A stretch of 64,000 bases of DNA from an uncultured Gammaproteobacteria bacterium (lineage in GTDB: Bacteria; Patescibacteriota; Microgenomatia; UBA1406; GWC2-37-13), in assembly GCA_964366455.1 (NCBI GenBank), contig CAYISZ010000001.1, forward strand, positions 15,111 through 79,110, in the 5' to 3' direction. A program made the translations under genes and the position numbers. The notes under the pieces are model-generated. The model searched no databases, had not been told where the DNA came from, and saw only the letters and a program-made list of their open reading frames with translations. Below are positions 54,343 through 63,219 of this stretch, piece by piece (within the stretch, counting starts at the first letter, position 1; each line of letters begins with the position of its first letter).

Positions 54343-54428
54343 GTCATCCTGAGCTTGTTGAAGAATCTAGCGAAGCGTTTTTGGTTCTCGCCTAGTAGGC
54401 TAGATCTCTCGCTAGGGCTCGAGATGAC
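54343..54428. repeat. Long imperfect hairpin element of the GTCATCCTGAGC...GAAGAATCTAGCGAAGCG family
   Basis: gtcatcctgagcttgttgaagaatctagcgaagcg (54343-54377) faces ctagatctctcgctagggctcgagatgac (54400-54428). Related to 18341-18527. Confidence 0.7.
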
Positions 54429-54448
54429 CGTGAAGTAATTGTCCTATT

Positions 54449-55291
54449 TTACGTTAAATTCTTGATTATTTCAATCACGGTTTTGAGAGGTAATGAGGAT
54501 GGAACTGAGTCGGGACGCTTGGACGAGCCGTTTAGTAGCATGTTTTTTGAGATGTGAAGAAACCAAGTGGCTTTGGAATCTTGCTTAATTATTTCCTCAT
54601 AAAGCGGTGTGAGATCGTATTTTTTGGATGGGAGTGTCTTTATTCGGTATGTGTTGTCATTTGGGTAGTGAAGCAGTACAAATTCGAAACCTTTTTTTAA
54701 GGCTAGTTTAATTACAGACTCATTTTCTGAATCTAGTGCCAGCGATTTACCATATTTTGACGTAAAGGAGTAACCCTTAGTAAGTTCTTTTTCAGCCCGA
54801 ATCTTCAAAATAAAAAGCTGCAGACTTGCATCTAGCATCTTAAAGACTAGCTCGCACCGTTCCACATCATTCTTAAGAGTTCTTTTGAAACCGTCAATTA
54901 TTCTATGAAGGGCGAAGTCATAAACGTCGGAGTCTGGATCAGGAAGATTGACATCGCCAAAGTTATCGTCAAGAATTACGTATTTTATAACTCGCTCAAG
55001 CGCGTCATGATCTTTATCTTGAATGTGGTGATTTTTATATAGGTAATTTAGAACAAGCTTTGCAGCACAAAGATTGCGGTCCTCAGTCTGATGATGGTCA
55101 AACTGACCAAGACCTGTATCAACATGAATTATGTCTGGGTTTGCGTCTGGGCTCATACCATCCAAAGTTGTTCCAGCAGGTACGAATTTAAGCTCTGCAT
55201 CAGGCCATCCTGGAAGATAGCGCTTAATCAGCCATACGCTTGATATTGCGTCAAGATCGACCGAGATATGGGTTACTATTGTCTTATTCAT
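54449..55291 (-). CDS. DHH-superfamily phosphoesterase-like protein
   Basis: Motifs in order: THISVDLDAISS (DxD), IIHVDTG (D), FDHHQ (DHH). Confidence 0.5.
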   Translation of the reverse strand: MNKTIVTHISVDLDAISSVWLIKRYLPGWPDAELKFVPAGTTLDGMSPDANPDIIHVDTGLGQFDHHQTEDRNLCAAKLVLNYLYKNHHIQDKDHDALERVIKYVILDDNFGDVNLPDPDSDVYDFALHRIIDGFKRTLKNDVERCELVFKMLDASLQLFILKIRAEKELTKGYSFTSKYGKSLALDSENESVIKLALKKGFEFVLLHYPNDNTYRIKTLPSKKYDLTPLYEEIIKQDSKATWFLHISKNMLLNGSSKRPDSVPSSLPLKTVIEIIKNLT

Positions 55292-55297
55292 AATAAT

Positions 55298-55353
55298 GGG
55301 TTAACGGGCTAAAGAGTTAACGCGTTAACACGTGAACTCGTTAACTGACTAAC
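55298..55353. repeat. Degenerate octamer array (NNGTTAAC)x7
   Basis: gggttaac gggctaaa gagttaac gcgttaac acgtgaac tcgttaac tgactaac. The last two units carry the proS stop and final codons. Confidence 0.75.
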
Positions 55354-57053
55354 TTAATAATTTCCTCAAGCGTTAGTAATTCGGTCTCTTTTCCGGTTCG
55401 AGCTTTGTACTCGATTTTATCTCCTGATTTTTTTGATATGACCAATCGATGAGGAATTCCAATCAAGTCAGCGTCTGCAAATTTTTCTCCAGCTCTCGTC
55501 TCCACACGATCATCGTACAGAACCGGTATTCGGTATTCAGTATTCAGTATTTGGTATAACTCGTTACATTTTTTGCTTACGGCTTCGTCTTGCAAATCTA
55601 GACCTACAAGGTGAACTCTAAAAGGCGCAACGGCCTCAGGCCATGTAAGCCCTTTATCGTTATTATGTATCTCTGCAATTGCAGCCAATGTCCTGCCAAT
55701 TCCAATTCCGTAGCAACCCATATAAAAAGGTAAACTTTTTCCTTCCTTGTCTGTAAAGGTTGCTCCCTTCATTAGGCTTGAGTAATGATATCCCAGTTGA
55801 AAAATATTTCCGACCTCAATACCTCTTCTTTCAACTAGTTTTTGTTTTCCATCAAGAGCTTGATAACCATCTTTCGCCATAGCGATGTCTCCTTCCAAAT
55901 CTGCTTTATAGTCTCTATCAATATTCATATTGAAAAGATCTTTATGTTTTTTATTCGCTCCGCCGTAAGCATTAACAATTGTTCTGAGGGAGTCATCTGC
56001 AACAATTATCAACTCTACTTCTTCTAGACCGTCCTTTATTTTTACAGGAGATAAAAATCCCGGTTCTGAATTAATCTTTTCTCTAATCTCTTCTTCCGTA
56101 GCGTGACGAAGTTCGATTGCGCCTGTGAGGTGCCTTAATTTCATTTCATTCACTTCGTAATCTCCGCGAATAATAGCCAAAATAAAACGTCCTTTTTCAT
56201 CCACAAATAGTACGTCTTTTATTTGCTGCCAAAGAGGCTTTTTATGCATCTTCGCCCCATCTTCCATGGTGGTTCCCCGATTTGCATCTACCTCTAAAAG
56301 AGCCTCTAACTTTTCATCGAGGTTCTTTTTATCTTTTGTGAATCGTGCAACGTCCTCATGCGCTGCATACGTACCATCAGGGGTCATTAGAAATTTACTT
56401 TCACCGATTGGGCTTTCAACAACAAACTCATGACAGTAATCACCACCAATGTAACCATTATCCGCCTCAACTTTTACAGTTTTTAGTCCCAGTCGCTCAT
56501 ATATGCGTTTGTAAGTTTGAGCCATTTTTTCGTACTCTTTTGCGAAATCTTTTTCATCGGTGTGGAATGAGTAAGCGTCCTTCATTACAAATTCTCGTAC
56601 TCGCAAAAGTCCACCTCGAGCTCGTAGTTCGTCTCTGAATTTAGTAGAAAATTGATAGATATTAAAAGGAAGATCTTTATAGCTAATCTGAAACTTTCGA
56701 ACCACATCCACAAACATTTCTTCTGCAGTTCCGCCAAGAGCGAACTCTGCTTTACGTCGGTCTTTGATTTTCATTAACTCAAAGCCTGCGGTATTGGTAC
56801 GATTGGTTTCTTTCCAAAGCTCAAGCGGATGAAGAACTGGAGATATCATTTCCTGACCTCCAGCAAGATCCATTTCTTCCTTAACTATCTTCATTACATT
56901 GAGAAAGACGGACATCCCAAGCGGAAGAAAAAAGTATCTACCTGCCGTTGACTCTCTAATAAATCCAGCCTGATGAAGGAGCTTATTGGAAATAACTTTT
57001 TCCTCAGAAGGAGTTGTCTTAGTAGTTTTACCAAAAAGTTTCGAATAAAGCAT
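55341..57053 (-). CDS. proS: Prolyl-tRNA synthetase
   Basis: 570 aa, class II motifs, bacterial-type architecture with an insertion (editing) domain. Confidence 0.93.
   Translation of the reverse strand: MLYSKLFGKTTKTTPSEEKVISNKLLHQAGFIRESTAGRYFFLPLGMSVFLNVMKIVKEEMDLAGGQEMISPVLHPLELWKETNRTNTAGFELMKIKDRRKAEFALGGTAEEMFVDVVRKFQISYKDLPFNIYQFSTKFRDELRARGGLLRVREFVMKDAYSFHTDEKDFAKEYEKMAQTYKRIYERLGLKTVKVEADNGYIGGDYCHEFVVESPIGESKFLMTPDGTYAAHEDVARFTKDKKNLDEKLEALLEVDANRGTTMEDGAKMHKKPLWQQIKDVLFVDEKGRFILAIIRGDYEVNEMKLRHLTGAIELRHATEEEIREKINSEPGFLSPVKIKDGLEEVELIIVADDSLRTIVNAYGGANKKHKDLFNMNIDRDYKADLEGDIAMAKDGYQALDGKQKLVERRGIEVGNIFQLGYHYSSLMKGATFTDKEGKSLPFYMGCYGIGIGRTLAAIAEIHNNDKGLTWPEAVAPFRVHLVGLDLQDEAVSKKCNELYQILNTEYRIPVLYDDRVETRAGEKFADADLIGIPHRLVISKKSGDKIEYKARTGKETELLTLEEIIKLVS
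55525..55559. repeat. Heptanucleotide tandem repeat (GGTATTC-like)x5 inside proS
   Basis: ggtattc ggtattc agtattc agtattt ggtataa, which encodes ILNTEYRIP on the minus strand. Confidence 0.8.
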
Positions 57054-57067
57054 GTAGTTATTATATC

Positions 57068-57628
57068 CTATTTGCCATTCTTGTAGCCGAGTTTGTCTAG
57101 AACAATTCCCATTGTTTCGTTAGGACCGGTCTTGTAGGTGTCGACCACCACATCGAAATACTTTGGATCCCAAAAATCGTGATCGCCGTAAAGTCTTTGC
57201 CATGTTGGAATGTTTTCCTCCTCACGAGTTCTCATCCACTCTTTAGCTTGATCTACCGTAATTTTCTCTCGATTCACTACTCTATCGACCCGCACAGCGT
57301 ACTCGGAGCAGACTACTAAAACTTTCAATACATTTGGCATTTCGCGTGCAATATAGCCAGCAAGCCAAGCTTCGTAGACAAAGTTTTTTTTCTCGCGTAG
57401 CATTTTTTCGGTCATAGCTTCTATGCTTCGCTCATGATCATCGGTTCTTGAAGCGGCTCCAGACTCATTATCATTTCTTCCTTCTTTACGATCAAACTCT
57501 CTTTGTATAGAGCCAGCATTTAAGTATTCCCACCCCAAAGTCGTACGAAGATTCTTGGCCAAAGTTGTGGTTCCAACAGCTATTTTTCCAGAAACAGCGA
57601 TTGCGGTATATTTTGGATGGGTAAACAT
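57068..57628 (-). CDS. Cytidylate-kinase-like (family 2) NMP kinase homolog with atypical P-loop
   Basis: IAVSGKIAVGTTTLAKNL sits where GxxGxGK[ST] is expected. Overall size and layout are NMP-kinase-like. Confidence 0.5.
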   Translation of the reverse strand: MFTHPKYTAIAVSGKIAVGTTTLAKNLRTTLGWEYLNAGSIQREFDRKEGRNDNESGAASRTDDHERSIEAMTEKMLREKKNFVYEAWLAGYIAREMPNVLKVLVVCSEYAVRVDRVVNREKITVDQAKEWMRTREEENIPTWQRLYGDHDFWDPKYFDVVVDTYKTGPNETMGIVLDKLGYKNGK

Positions 57629-57629
57629 A

Positions 57630-58682
57630 TTACTTTACTAATTTTATAACATCGTGAATTGTTATCAAGGCTGCCAGTAAGAGTAGGGTTCCCATTCCGA
57701 ACATATTGACATATTGTTCCACCTTCTTATTTACTCGGCGTTTAGTTACCCATTCGTAAAGAACGAACATCAGTCGACCACCGTCTAGAGCTGGGAATGG
57801 AAGTATGTTTATTACTGCCAAGTTGAGCGACAGCAATGCCATCAGTTCCAGGACTGCATTTTTACCAAATTTGATTGCCTGACCAGTGTACTGAGCTATG
57901 CCTACCGGTCCCGCTACGTCAACACTTGTTTTTTGGAAAGTAAAGAAATTAAAAGCTGTTTTACCAAGTTCTACTACAATTGTTTTAGTTATGGTAAATG
58001 AGTGAACCAGTCCATAAAAAGGCGCTTGATACCATGTGTACTTTTTATCTTCATATGATGTGATTTGCAATCCCAAAGGACCTTCTCCTGCTGGAGGAGT
58101 TTGACGAGGGACCATAAGTACATTTCGCTCACCTGTTTGTGATTTTACTGTGAAAATCACGTTCTGCCCCGCAAACTGTTTGCTATATGTGGTTAGATCC
58201 TGTGTTGCGTTAAGTTTGTAAATTTTCGAGTCGACAGTAAGGTTTGTAAGCTGATCGCCAACCTTAAGCTGTGCAACTTCAGCGGGGGAATTTTTTAAGA
58301 CTTTTTCAACAAAAACTTTGTTCGTTGGGGTTGGGACGCCCTGTGTAAATAAGTATGAAATTAGTACCCAGGCTAATAGAAAGTTTCCGATGACACCAGC
58401 GATTATTACAAATGCTTTTTGAGCTGGAGTTTTGGAGACGAAGGCTCTTTTGTCCAACGCACCTTCATGGTACTCCTCACCAAATAACTTTACAAACCCC
58501 CCAATTGGAAGAAGATTTATACTATATAAAGTTTCCCCTTTTTTAAATCCCCAAACTCTAGGTGGAAATCCGAAACCAAATTCTTCTACTAAAATTCCAC
58601 TTTTTTTTGCTGCAAGAAAATGCCCAAGTTCATGGATCAAAACTAGTACGGCGAGAATGATTATAAAAACGACAATATACAT
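57630..58682 (-). CDS. rseP: Site-2 (M50) zinc metalloprotease RseP-like with PDZ
   Basis: HELGHF and NILPFPALDGG motifs, multi-TM. Confidence 0.9.
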   Translation of the reverse strand: MYIVVFIIILAVLVLIHELGHFLAAKKSGILVEEFGFGFPPRVWGFKKGETLYSINLLPIGGFVKLFGEEYHEGALDKRAFVSKTPAQKAFVIIAGVIGNFLLAWVLISYLFTQGVPTPTNKVFVEKVLKNSPAEVAQLKVGDQLTNLTVDSKIYKLNATQDLTTYSKQFAGQNVIFTVKSQTGERNVLMVPRQTPPAGEGPLGLQITSYEDKKYTWYQAPFYGLVHSFTITKTIVVELGKTAFNFFTFQKTSVDVAGPVGIAQYTGQAIKFGKNAVLELMALLSLNLAVINILPFPALDGGRLMFVLYEWVTKRRVNKKVEQYVNMFGMGTLLLLAALITIHDVIKLVK

Positions 58683-58686
58683 ATTT

Positions 58687-59244
58687 TTATATCTCCCTTA
58701 TTTCTTTTTCCTTCGATTCTTTGATTGAATCCATTTCTTCCATAACTTTTGCGCTTTCGACATCAACTTCTTTCTCTAGTCGAAATTTTACGTCTTCTGT
58801 GATGGTTTTTTGTTCATACTGTGATTTTATTTTTCTTCTCCCGTCATCACGCTGACCACGAACTGAGACGCGGTGCTCCTCTACCATTTGGTTTGAAAGT
58901 TTGATGAACTTGTCTCTTTGCTCTTGAGAAAGTGGCGGAATTTTCACCAAGATACGCGTGCCTTGAGAAGCGGGGCTAAGACCCATCGATGAGGATAGAA
59001 TTCCTTTTTCAATGTCACCTGTTGTTGAGGAGTCGTAAGGAACAATAACGAGAGTTTGAGGGCCTTCTGTAGCAATGGTTGCGATTTCTTTAAGTTTGAG
59101 CGTAGTGGTTCCGTTGTAAGTTGTTACAGGAATATTTTCTACTAATGCAGGCGAAGCTCTTCCAGTTCGAATAGATTTGAGATCCTCCTTAAGGGCAAGA
59201 ACTGTTTTTTGTGAAGACTGCTTGAAGTTAGAGACAATATCCAT
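58687..59244 (-). CDS. frr: Ribosome recycling factor
   Basis: 185 aa with LKSIRTGRASPALVENI. Confidence 0.95.
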   Translation of the reverse strand: MDIVSNFKQSSQKTVLALKEDLKSIRTGRASPALVENIPVTTYNGTTTLKLKEIATIATEGPQTLVIVPYDSSTTGDIEKGILSSSMGLSPASQGTRILVKIPPLSQEQRDKFIKLSNQMVEEHRVSVRGQRDDGRRKIKSQYEQKTITEDVKFRLEKEVDVESAKVMEEMDSIKESKEKEIREI

Positions 59245-59250
59245 TTACAA

Positions 59251-59256
59251 ATTATA
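59251..59256 (-). promoter_or_regulatory. -10 box 6 nt upstream of the frr ATG (leaderless candidate)
   Basis: Minus strand reads CGTATAATTTGTAAATG. Confidence 0.45.
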
Positions 59257-59260
59257 CGGA

Positions 59261-59719
59261 TTATTCTCCTAACTTCCAGCGTAGAATTCTGGAGATTTTT
59301 ATGTTTTCGCCGAACTTTAGGACGGCTTCTTTAAGTAAGTCATTAATAGTTTTACCTGGTTCCCGAATATACTCTTGTTTAAGAAGCTCTGCGGGTGACT
59401 TTGGATTAAAAGACGCAACCTGCATCGCAATCTCCTTACCGAAGGCTTTAAAGTCGGCGTTACCAGAAACGAAGTCGGTTTCGCACTGTAGCTCTACCAT
59501 TCCGGCAGTTTTCCCATCGTGATGAATGTAGCTATAAAGTCCTCCTTGAGAAGTAGAGCGTCCTGCGACCTTTGTTACTTTTTCTGCTCCCCATTCCTGA
59601 AGTTTTTTCTTTGCCTTTGCAATATCATTGTTGGTTTCTTCTAAAGCCTTTTTTATCAAAGAAAATGAAACTTCAGTTTCGTCACGAAGTTGCTTTAATT
59701 TTTTTATGTCTGCGTTCAT
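59261..59719 (-). CDS. tsf: Elongation factor Ts (short form)
   Basis: 152 aa with IKKLKQLRDETEVSFSLIKKALEE and ELQCETDFV. Confidence 0.88.
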   Translation of the reverse strand: MNADIKKLKQLRDETEVSFSLIKKALEETNNDIAKAKKKLQEWGAEKVTKVAGRSTSQGGLYSYIHHDGKTAGMVELQCETDFVSGNADFKAFGKEIAMQVASFNPKSPAELLKQEYIREPGKTINDLLKEAVLKFGENIKISRILRWKLGE

Positions 59720-59745
59720 ATATTTAGTATATAGAATGTAGAGTC

Positions 59746-60435
59746 TTATTTCGCTGTGTACGGTTTGAGAAGATCAGCGATTAGATATTCTATAGATTTA
59801 GGGGAATCGTCATTTGCGACAATGGGGAATGTTACTGTGCTTGGATCGGTGTTTGTATCGGTGATGGCAACAACCGGAATTTTTGATTTAGCGGCTTCAA
59901 CTACAGCATTGTTTTCTTTCTTGGTATCAATGATAAGTAGAGCGTCTGGATGCTTTGACAAAGTACCAATTCCTCCATAAAATTTTTCAAGTTTTGCAAG
60001 ATGCTTTTTAAGTTTAACTATCTCGTGTTTTGCAAGAGCTCCCCAGTCCCCCTGCGCCTCTGCAGCCTTTAAATCATTTAGTTTTTTGATATTTTTTGCT
60101 AATGTCTCAAAGTTAGTCAAAAGTCCAGGAAGCCATTTGGTCGTAATGAAAGAAATCGAGTGAGTCTTACAGAAATCCGCGACTACCTGACTGGCAACTT
60201 TTTTGGTTGCGACTACAAGAAGGACTTTATTCTCTTCCTTAAGTTTTGCAATAAACTCCTTTGCAGCATTTAGCTGAGGTACTGTTTGTGTAAGGTCGAT
60301 AATGGAAACTCCATTATCAATTCTATATACGTATTTACGCGCACGAGGATGGAGTCTATTCTTTTTGTGCCCTAGGTGAAGCTCCGCTTCAAATAGAGTT
60401 TGGACCTGTTTTAAGTCTTGAGCAGCTGTTGTCAT
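59746..60435 (-). CDS. rpsB: 30S ribosomal protein S2
   Basis: 229 aa with LFEAELHLGHKKNRLHPRARKYVY. rpsB-tsf-frr order. Confidence 0.95.
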   Translation of the reverse strand: MTTAAQDLKQVQTLFEAELHLGHKKNRLHPRARKYVYRIDNGVSIIDLTQTVPQLNAAKEFIAKLKEENKVLLVVATKKVASQVVADFCKTHSISFITTKWLPGLLTNFETLAKNIKKLNDLKAAEAQGDWGALAKHEIVKLKKHLAKLEKFYGGIGTLSKHPDALLIIDTKKENNAVVEAAKSKIPVVAITDTNTDPSTVTFPIVANDDSPKSIEYLIADLLKPYTAK

Positions 60436-60441
60436 CCAGAA

Positions 60442-60447
60442 ATTATA
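60442..60447 (-). promoter_or_regulatory. -10 box 6 nt upstream of the rpsB ATG (leaderless candidate)
   Basis: Minus strand reads CTGCTATAATTTCTGGATG. Confidence 0.5.
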
Positions 60448-60460
60448 GCAGATGAATCAT

Positions 60461-61789
60461 CTAAAGTGAATCTGATTGTGCCCCATCATCAAGGGTAGTA
60501 AACCTAAACGTCTTCCCCTCTAGTTCTGTTTTAATGTCACCCGACTTTGTAAGACTTGCCGTAAGCGAAGTGACATTATGATGACTAAGCGGGATACCTA
60601 TTGAGTTTAAATATTTCCTAACCTCGTTATTAGTGCAATCTGGATGAGCTCTTACGAACTCAACAATGTCGGATTTGAGTTTATGCTTTTTTGGTTTACG
60701 AGTGTGTGGAGACGACTCATCGGCTCTTTTCATTAAGTCAGAAAACAGTTGCGGGGTCTGTTGTATTTCGCGCGCGAGCCTGCGCCCTCTTTCCAAAACT
60801 TCTTCATCTTGATTTTGTACGTCTTCGATTATAGAAATGAAATCCTCCAATATTAGACGTTGCTCGTCCGATAAAGTAATCATAGATTGAACATCGCGAC
60901 CGAATCGAGATTTCTCCAGAAAGCCAACCTTCGCTAAATGATTGGCCACTCGCGAGGTCATATTTTGCGCATCTTTAATACTAGTAATGTGACGTCCTGA
61001 CTTAGCTAAACCTTCTACTATAGCTTCATGAGTAAGCGATATATGCGGAGAGTTTCTAAAAATTTCTGCCACTTCTGCAGTCAGCTTAGTATAAGCGCCG
61101 CCATGAGAATCAATAAATGGAGGTGGGTCAACCTCTTGCCCTTCCAAGTTAAGGGTAAAGCTAGTCACTGGTCTATTTTTGTCTTCAGCGCTGACGAAGC
61201 CGATTAGCCCATTGGCTGCTAAGGTTCTCAGGTGAATAGATTTGCGCTCTCCTTGTGGTTGCAGATCATGAAATACATCCGTTGCCCGAATCGGTAGTCG
61301 ACTTGAGAGTATTACACGGAATATTTCATACCTTGTCTGCGGACCTCTTCTTTCTGAAGGCGATGAGGTTGAGCCCAGCAGATTATACAACGGTAAACTG
61401 TACCTGTTAGAAAAATCTAACAACAGCCCAGCTAGAGGAACTCCAATTTCTTCTCCTAGATCTGTTAGCCTGTATCCCCATTCACCTGTGCTATCTATCT
61501 CTTCTTTTGCAACCAGCCCAATGGGTTCTAAAGACTGCTGACAGTATGAAAAAGGTCCTTTTCTGTTAATTCGCCAACCCTTAACCGCACCTTGTGAGTC
61601 AATCACCTGTTTTGCTAAGGCGCCCCATCCCAAAACAACATTTCTGTCTAAGGATAATAGTGTAAGGGCTTTTGCTTCATGATTACCGAAACCTGACAAT
61701 AAATTCATTGTCATTTCATGACTCAGTGGGTCTTTTTTTCGGAGTATGTCCTGCCTTGGTAGCTGTACTTGTTGTTCCTTGCTAGGCAT
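60461..61789 (-). CDS. Hypothetical protein with about four winged-helix-like repeats
   Basis: 442 aa. Repeated helix-rich units end in beta-hairpin-like segments (e.g. GWGYRLTDLG, GLIGFVSAE, GFLEKSRFG, KTFRFTTL). Own extended -10 (TGGTATAAT at 61799-61807). Confidence 0.5.
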   Translation of the reverse strand: MPSKEQQVQLPRQDILRKKDPLSHEMTMNLLSGFGNHEAKALTLLSLDRNVVLGWGALAKQVIDSQGAVKGWRINRKGPFSYCQQSLEPIGLVAKEEIDSTGEWGYRLTDLGEEIGVPLAGLLLDFSNRYSLPLYNLLGSTSSPSERRGPQTRYEIFRVILSSRLPIRATDVFHDLQPQGERKSIHLRTLAANGLIGFVSAEDKNRPVTSFTLNLEGQEVDPPPFIDSHGGAYTKLTAEVAEIFRNSPHISLTHEAIVEGLAKSGRHITSIKDAQNMTSRVANHLAKVGFLEKSRFGRDVQSMITLSDEQRLILEDFISIIEDVQNQDEEVLERGRRLAREIQQTPQLFSDLMKRADESSPHTRKPKKHKLKSDIVEFVRAHPDCTNNEVRKYLNSIGIPLSHHNVTSLTASLTKSGDIKTELEGKTFRFTTLDDGAQSDSL

Positions 61790-61839
61790 AATGGGGTAAT
61801 TATACCATGCTATAGGTCGTTTTTCAAGGCTGGATAGCC

Positions 61840-62724
61840 TTACTTTGCGAGGAGTTCTTTAAGATAGGCGCGGAGTTCGGAGCCTATTTCTTTATGTTCT
61901 AGTGCAAGTTCAACCGTTGTTTTCATGTATTCCAGCTTATTTCCTGTATCGTAATATTTTGCATTATCAATAACCACCGCATAAAGAGGAGTTCCCTCTT
62001 TGTGCAGTAGATTAATCGCGTCAGTCAGCCAAATCTCCCCACCTTTACCAGGCTCTAAACGTTTAAGAGCTGAGAAAATTTCCGGAGGAAGAATGTAGCA
62101 TCCGTGAGTTGCGATGTTTGAAGGGGCTTCATCTGGTTCTGGTTTTTCAACAATTGCTTTTATTTTAAAAACATTTTTCTCTCCTGGCATTTCTTCAAGA
62201 TCTGCTATCCCGTAACGTTTTAGGTCTTCTTTTTTATCAATCCTTACTCCAGATATGACTATTCCTCCATACTTTTCATGTACTGGGAGCATCTGCGCCA
62301 GTCTTGGAGGTTTTGCGTAAATAAATTCATCGCCCCAAAGTACGGCAAATGGCTCATTCTCGATTATAGGTTCAGCGGCAAGAACTGGTGTTCCGTTACC
62401 ATAAGGTCCTTTTTGCCGAACATAGATGAAGTTCGCCATATCTGAGATTTTTTTGACCTCTTCAAGCAAATGTTCCTTATTCCCCTGTAGAAGATTCTTT
62501 GTTAGGTCTTCGTTTGGGGCATCGAAATGATCCTCAATCGCGCGTTTGTTCGATCCAGTGACGATGATAATATTTTCTATCCCCGACTCTACTGCCTCCT
62601 CAACAACATACTGAATGACTGGTTTGTCCACGACAGGAAGCATCTCCTTAGGCATCGCCTTGGTCTGCGGTAGAAAACGCGTACCAAATCCAGCAGCAGG
62701 AATAACGGCCTTTGTAATTTTCAT
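61840..62724 (-). CDS. galU: UTP--glucose-1-phosphate uridylyltransferase
   Basis: KAVIPAAGFGTRFLPQTKAMPKEMLPVVDKP. Confidence 0.93.
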   Translation of the reverse strand: MKITKAVIPAAGFGTRFLPQTKAMPKEMLPVVDKPVIQYVVEEAVESGIENIIIVTGSNKRAIEDHFDAPNEDLTKNLLQGNKEHLLEEVKKISDMANFIYVRQKGPYGNGTPVLAAEPIIENEPFAVLWGDEFIYAKPPRLAQMLPVHEKYGGIVISGVRIDKKEDLKRYGIADLEEMPGEKNVFKIKAIVEKPEPDEAPSNIATHGCYILPPEIFSALKRLEPGKGGEIWLTDAINLLHKEGTPLYAVVIDNAKYYDTGNKLEYMKTTVELALEHKEIGSELRAYLKELLAK

Positions 62725-62728
62725 ATGG

Positions 62729-63142
62729 TTAATAGAATTTAACAGAAACCTTTTGTGAAATGGGGATGGAATTGTCTATCGTTGCGCTAATCTGGGCCGT
62801 ACCTTGCGCATCGGATGTTAATGAAAAAGAAGCCTTGCCATTCTGGTCAGTCATTAGAATCTTAGGGTTAACGGTCCCAACACTAGTCGTAACCAATATC
62901 TGGCGCTTAGCAATTGGATTTCCATTCTCGCTTCTTACGAAAACGTCAAGCTTTACAATTTCTGAACTAGATACGCTAGCACTCAAAGGCCAAGCAAAAA
63001 TCAGGCTTTTTGAGGACGAGGGTCTGGAATCCTCAGCGGCCCGAGTAAACTTGCTCAGAGGTTTACTAAAAACCATCACAGAGATAAATACAAAGAAGCT
63101 CAGAAAAAAAAGGGATATGAGTCCCATGAGCTTTTTGTCCAT
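62729..63142 (-). CDS. Membrane-anchored protein with bacterial Ig-like (Big_1-type) domain
   Basis: Signal anchor LMGLISLFFLSFFVFISVMVF and ILVTTSVGTVNP...DQNGKASFSLTSDAQGTAQISA. Confidence 0.6.
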   Translation of the reverse strand: MDKKLMGLISLFFLSFFVFISVMVFSKPLSKFTRAAEDSRPSSSKSLIFAWPLSASVSSSEIVKLDVFVRSENGNPIAKRQILVTTSVGTVNPKILMTDQNGKASFSLTSDAQGTAQISATIDNSIPISQKVSVKFY

Positions 63143-63219
63143 ATAAGGTCAATTATATTGATTACAGCGTTTCAATGTCAAATTGTAATGTAGTTATGGG
63201 TTTTCAGAATAATCCAAAC

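Noticed and set aside
55525-55559. Phase variation of proS through its heptamer repeat
   Set aside because: proS is essential and single-copy in this window, so a frameshift switch would be lethal. It is interpreted instead as a retained in-frame word array.
62760-63146. 128-aa plus-strand ORF mirroring the 137-aa minus-strand gene
   Set aside because: The minus-strand product has a signal anchor plus an Ig-like domain sequence and fits the operon direction. The plus-strand product has no features.
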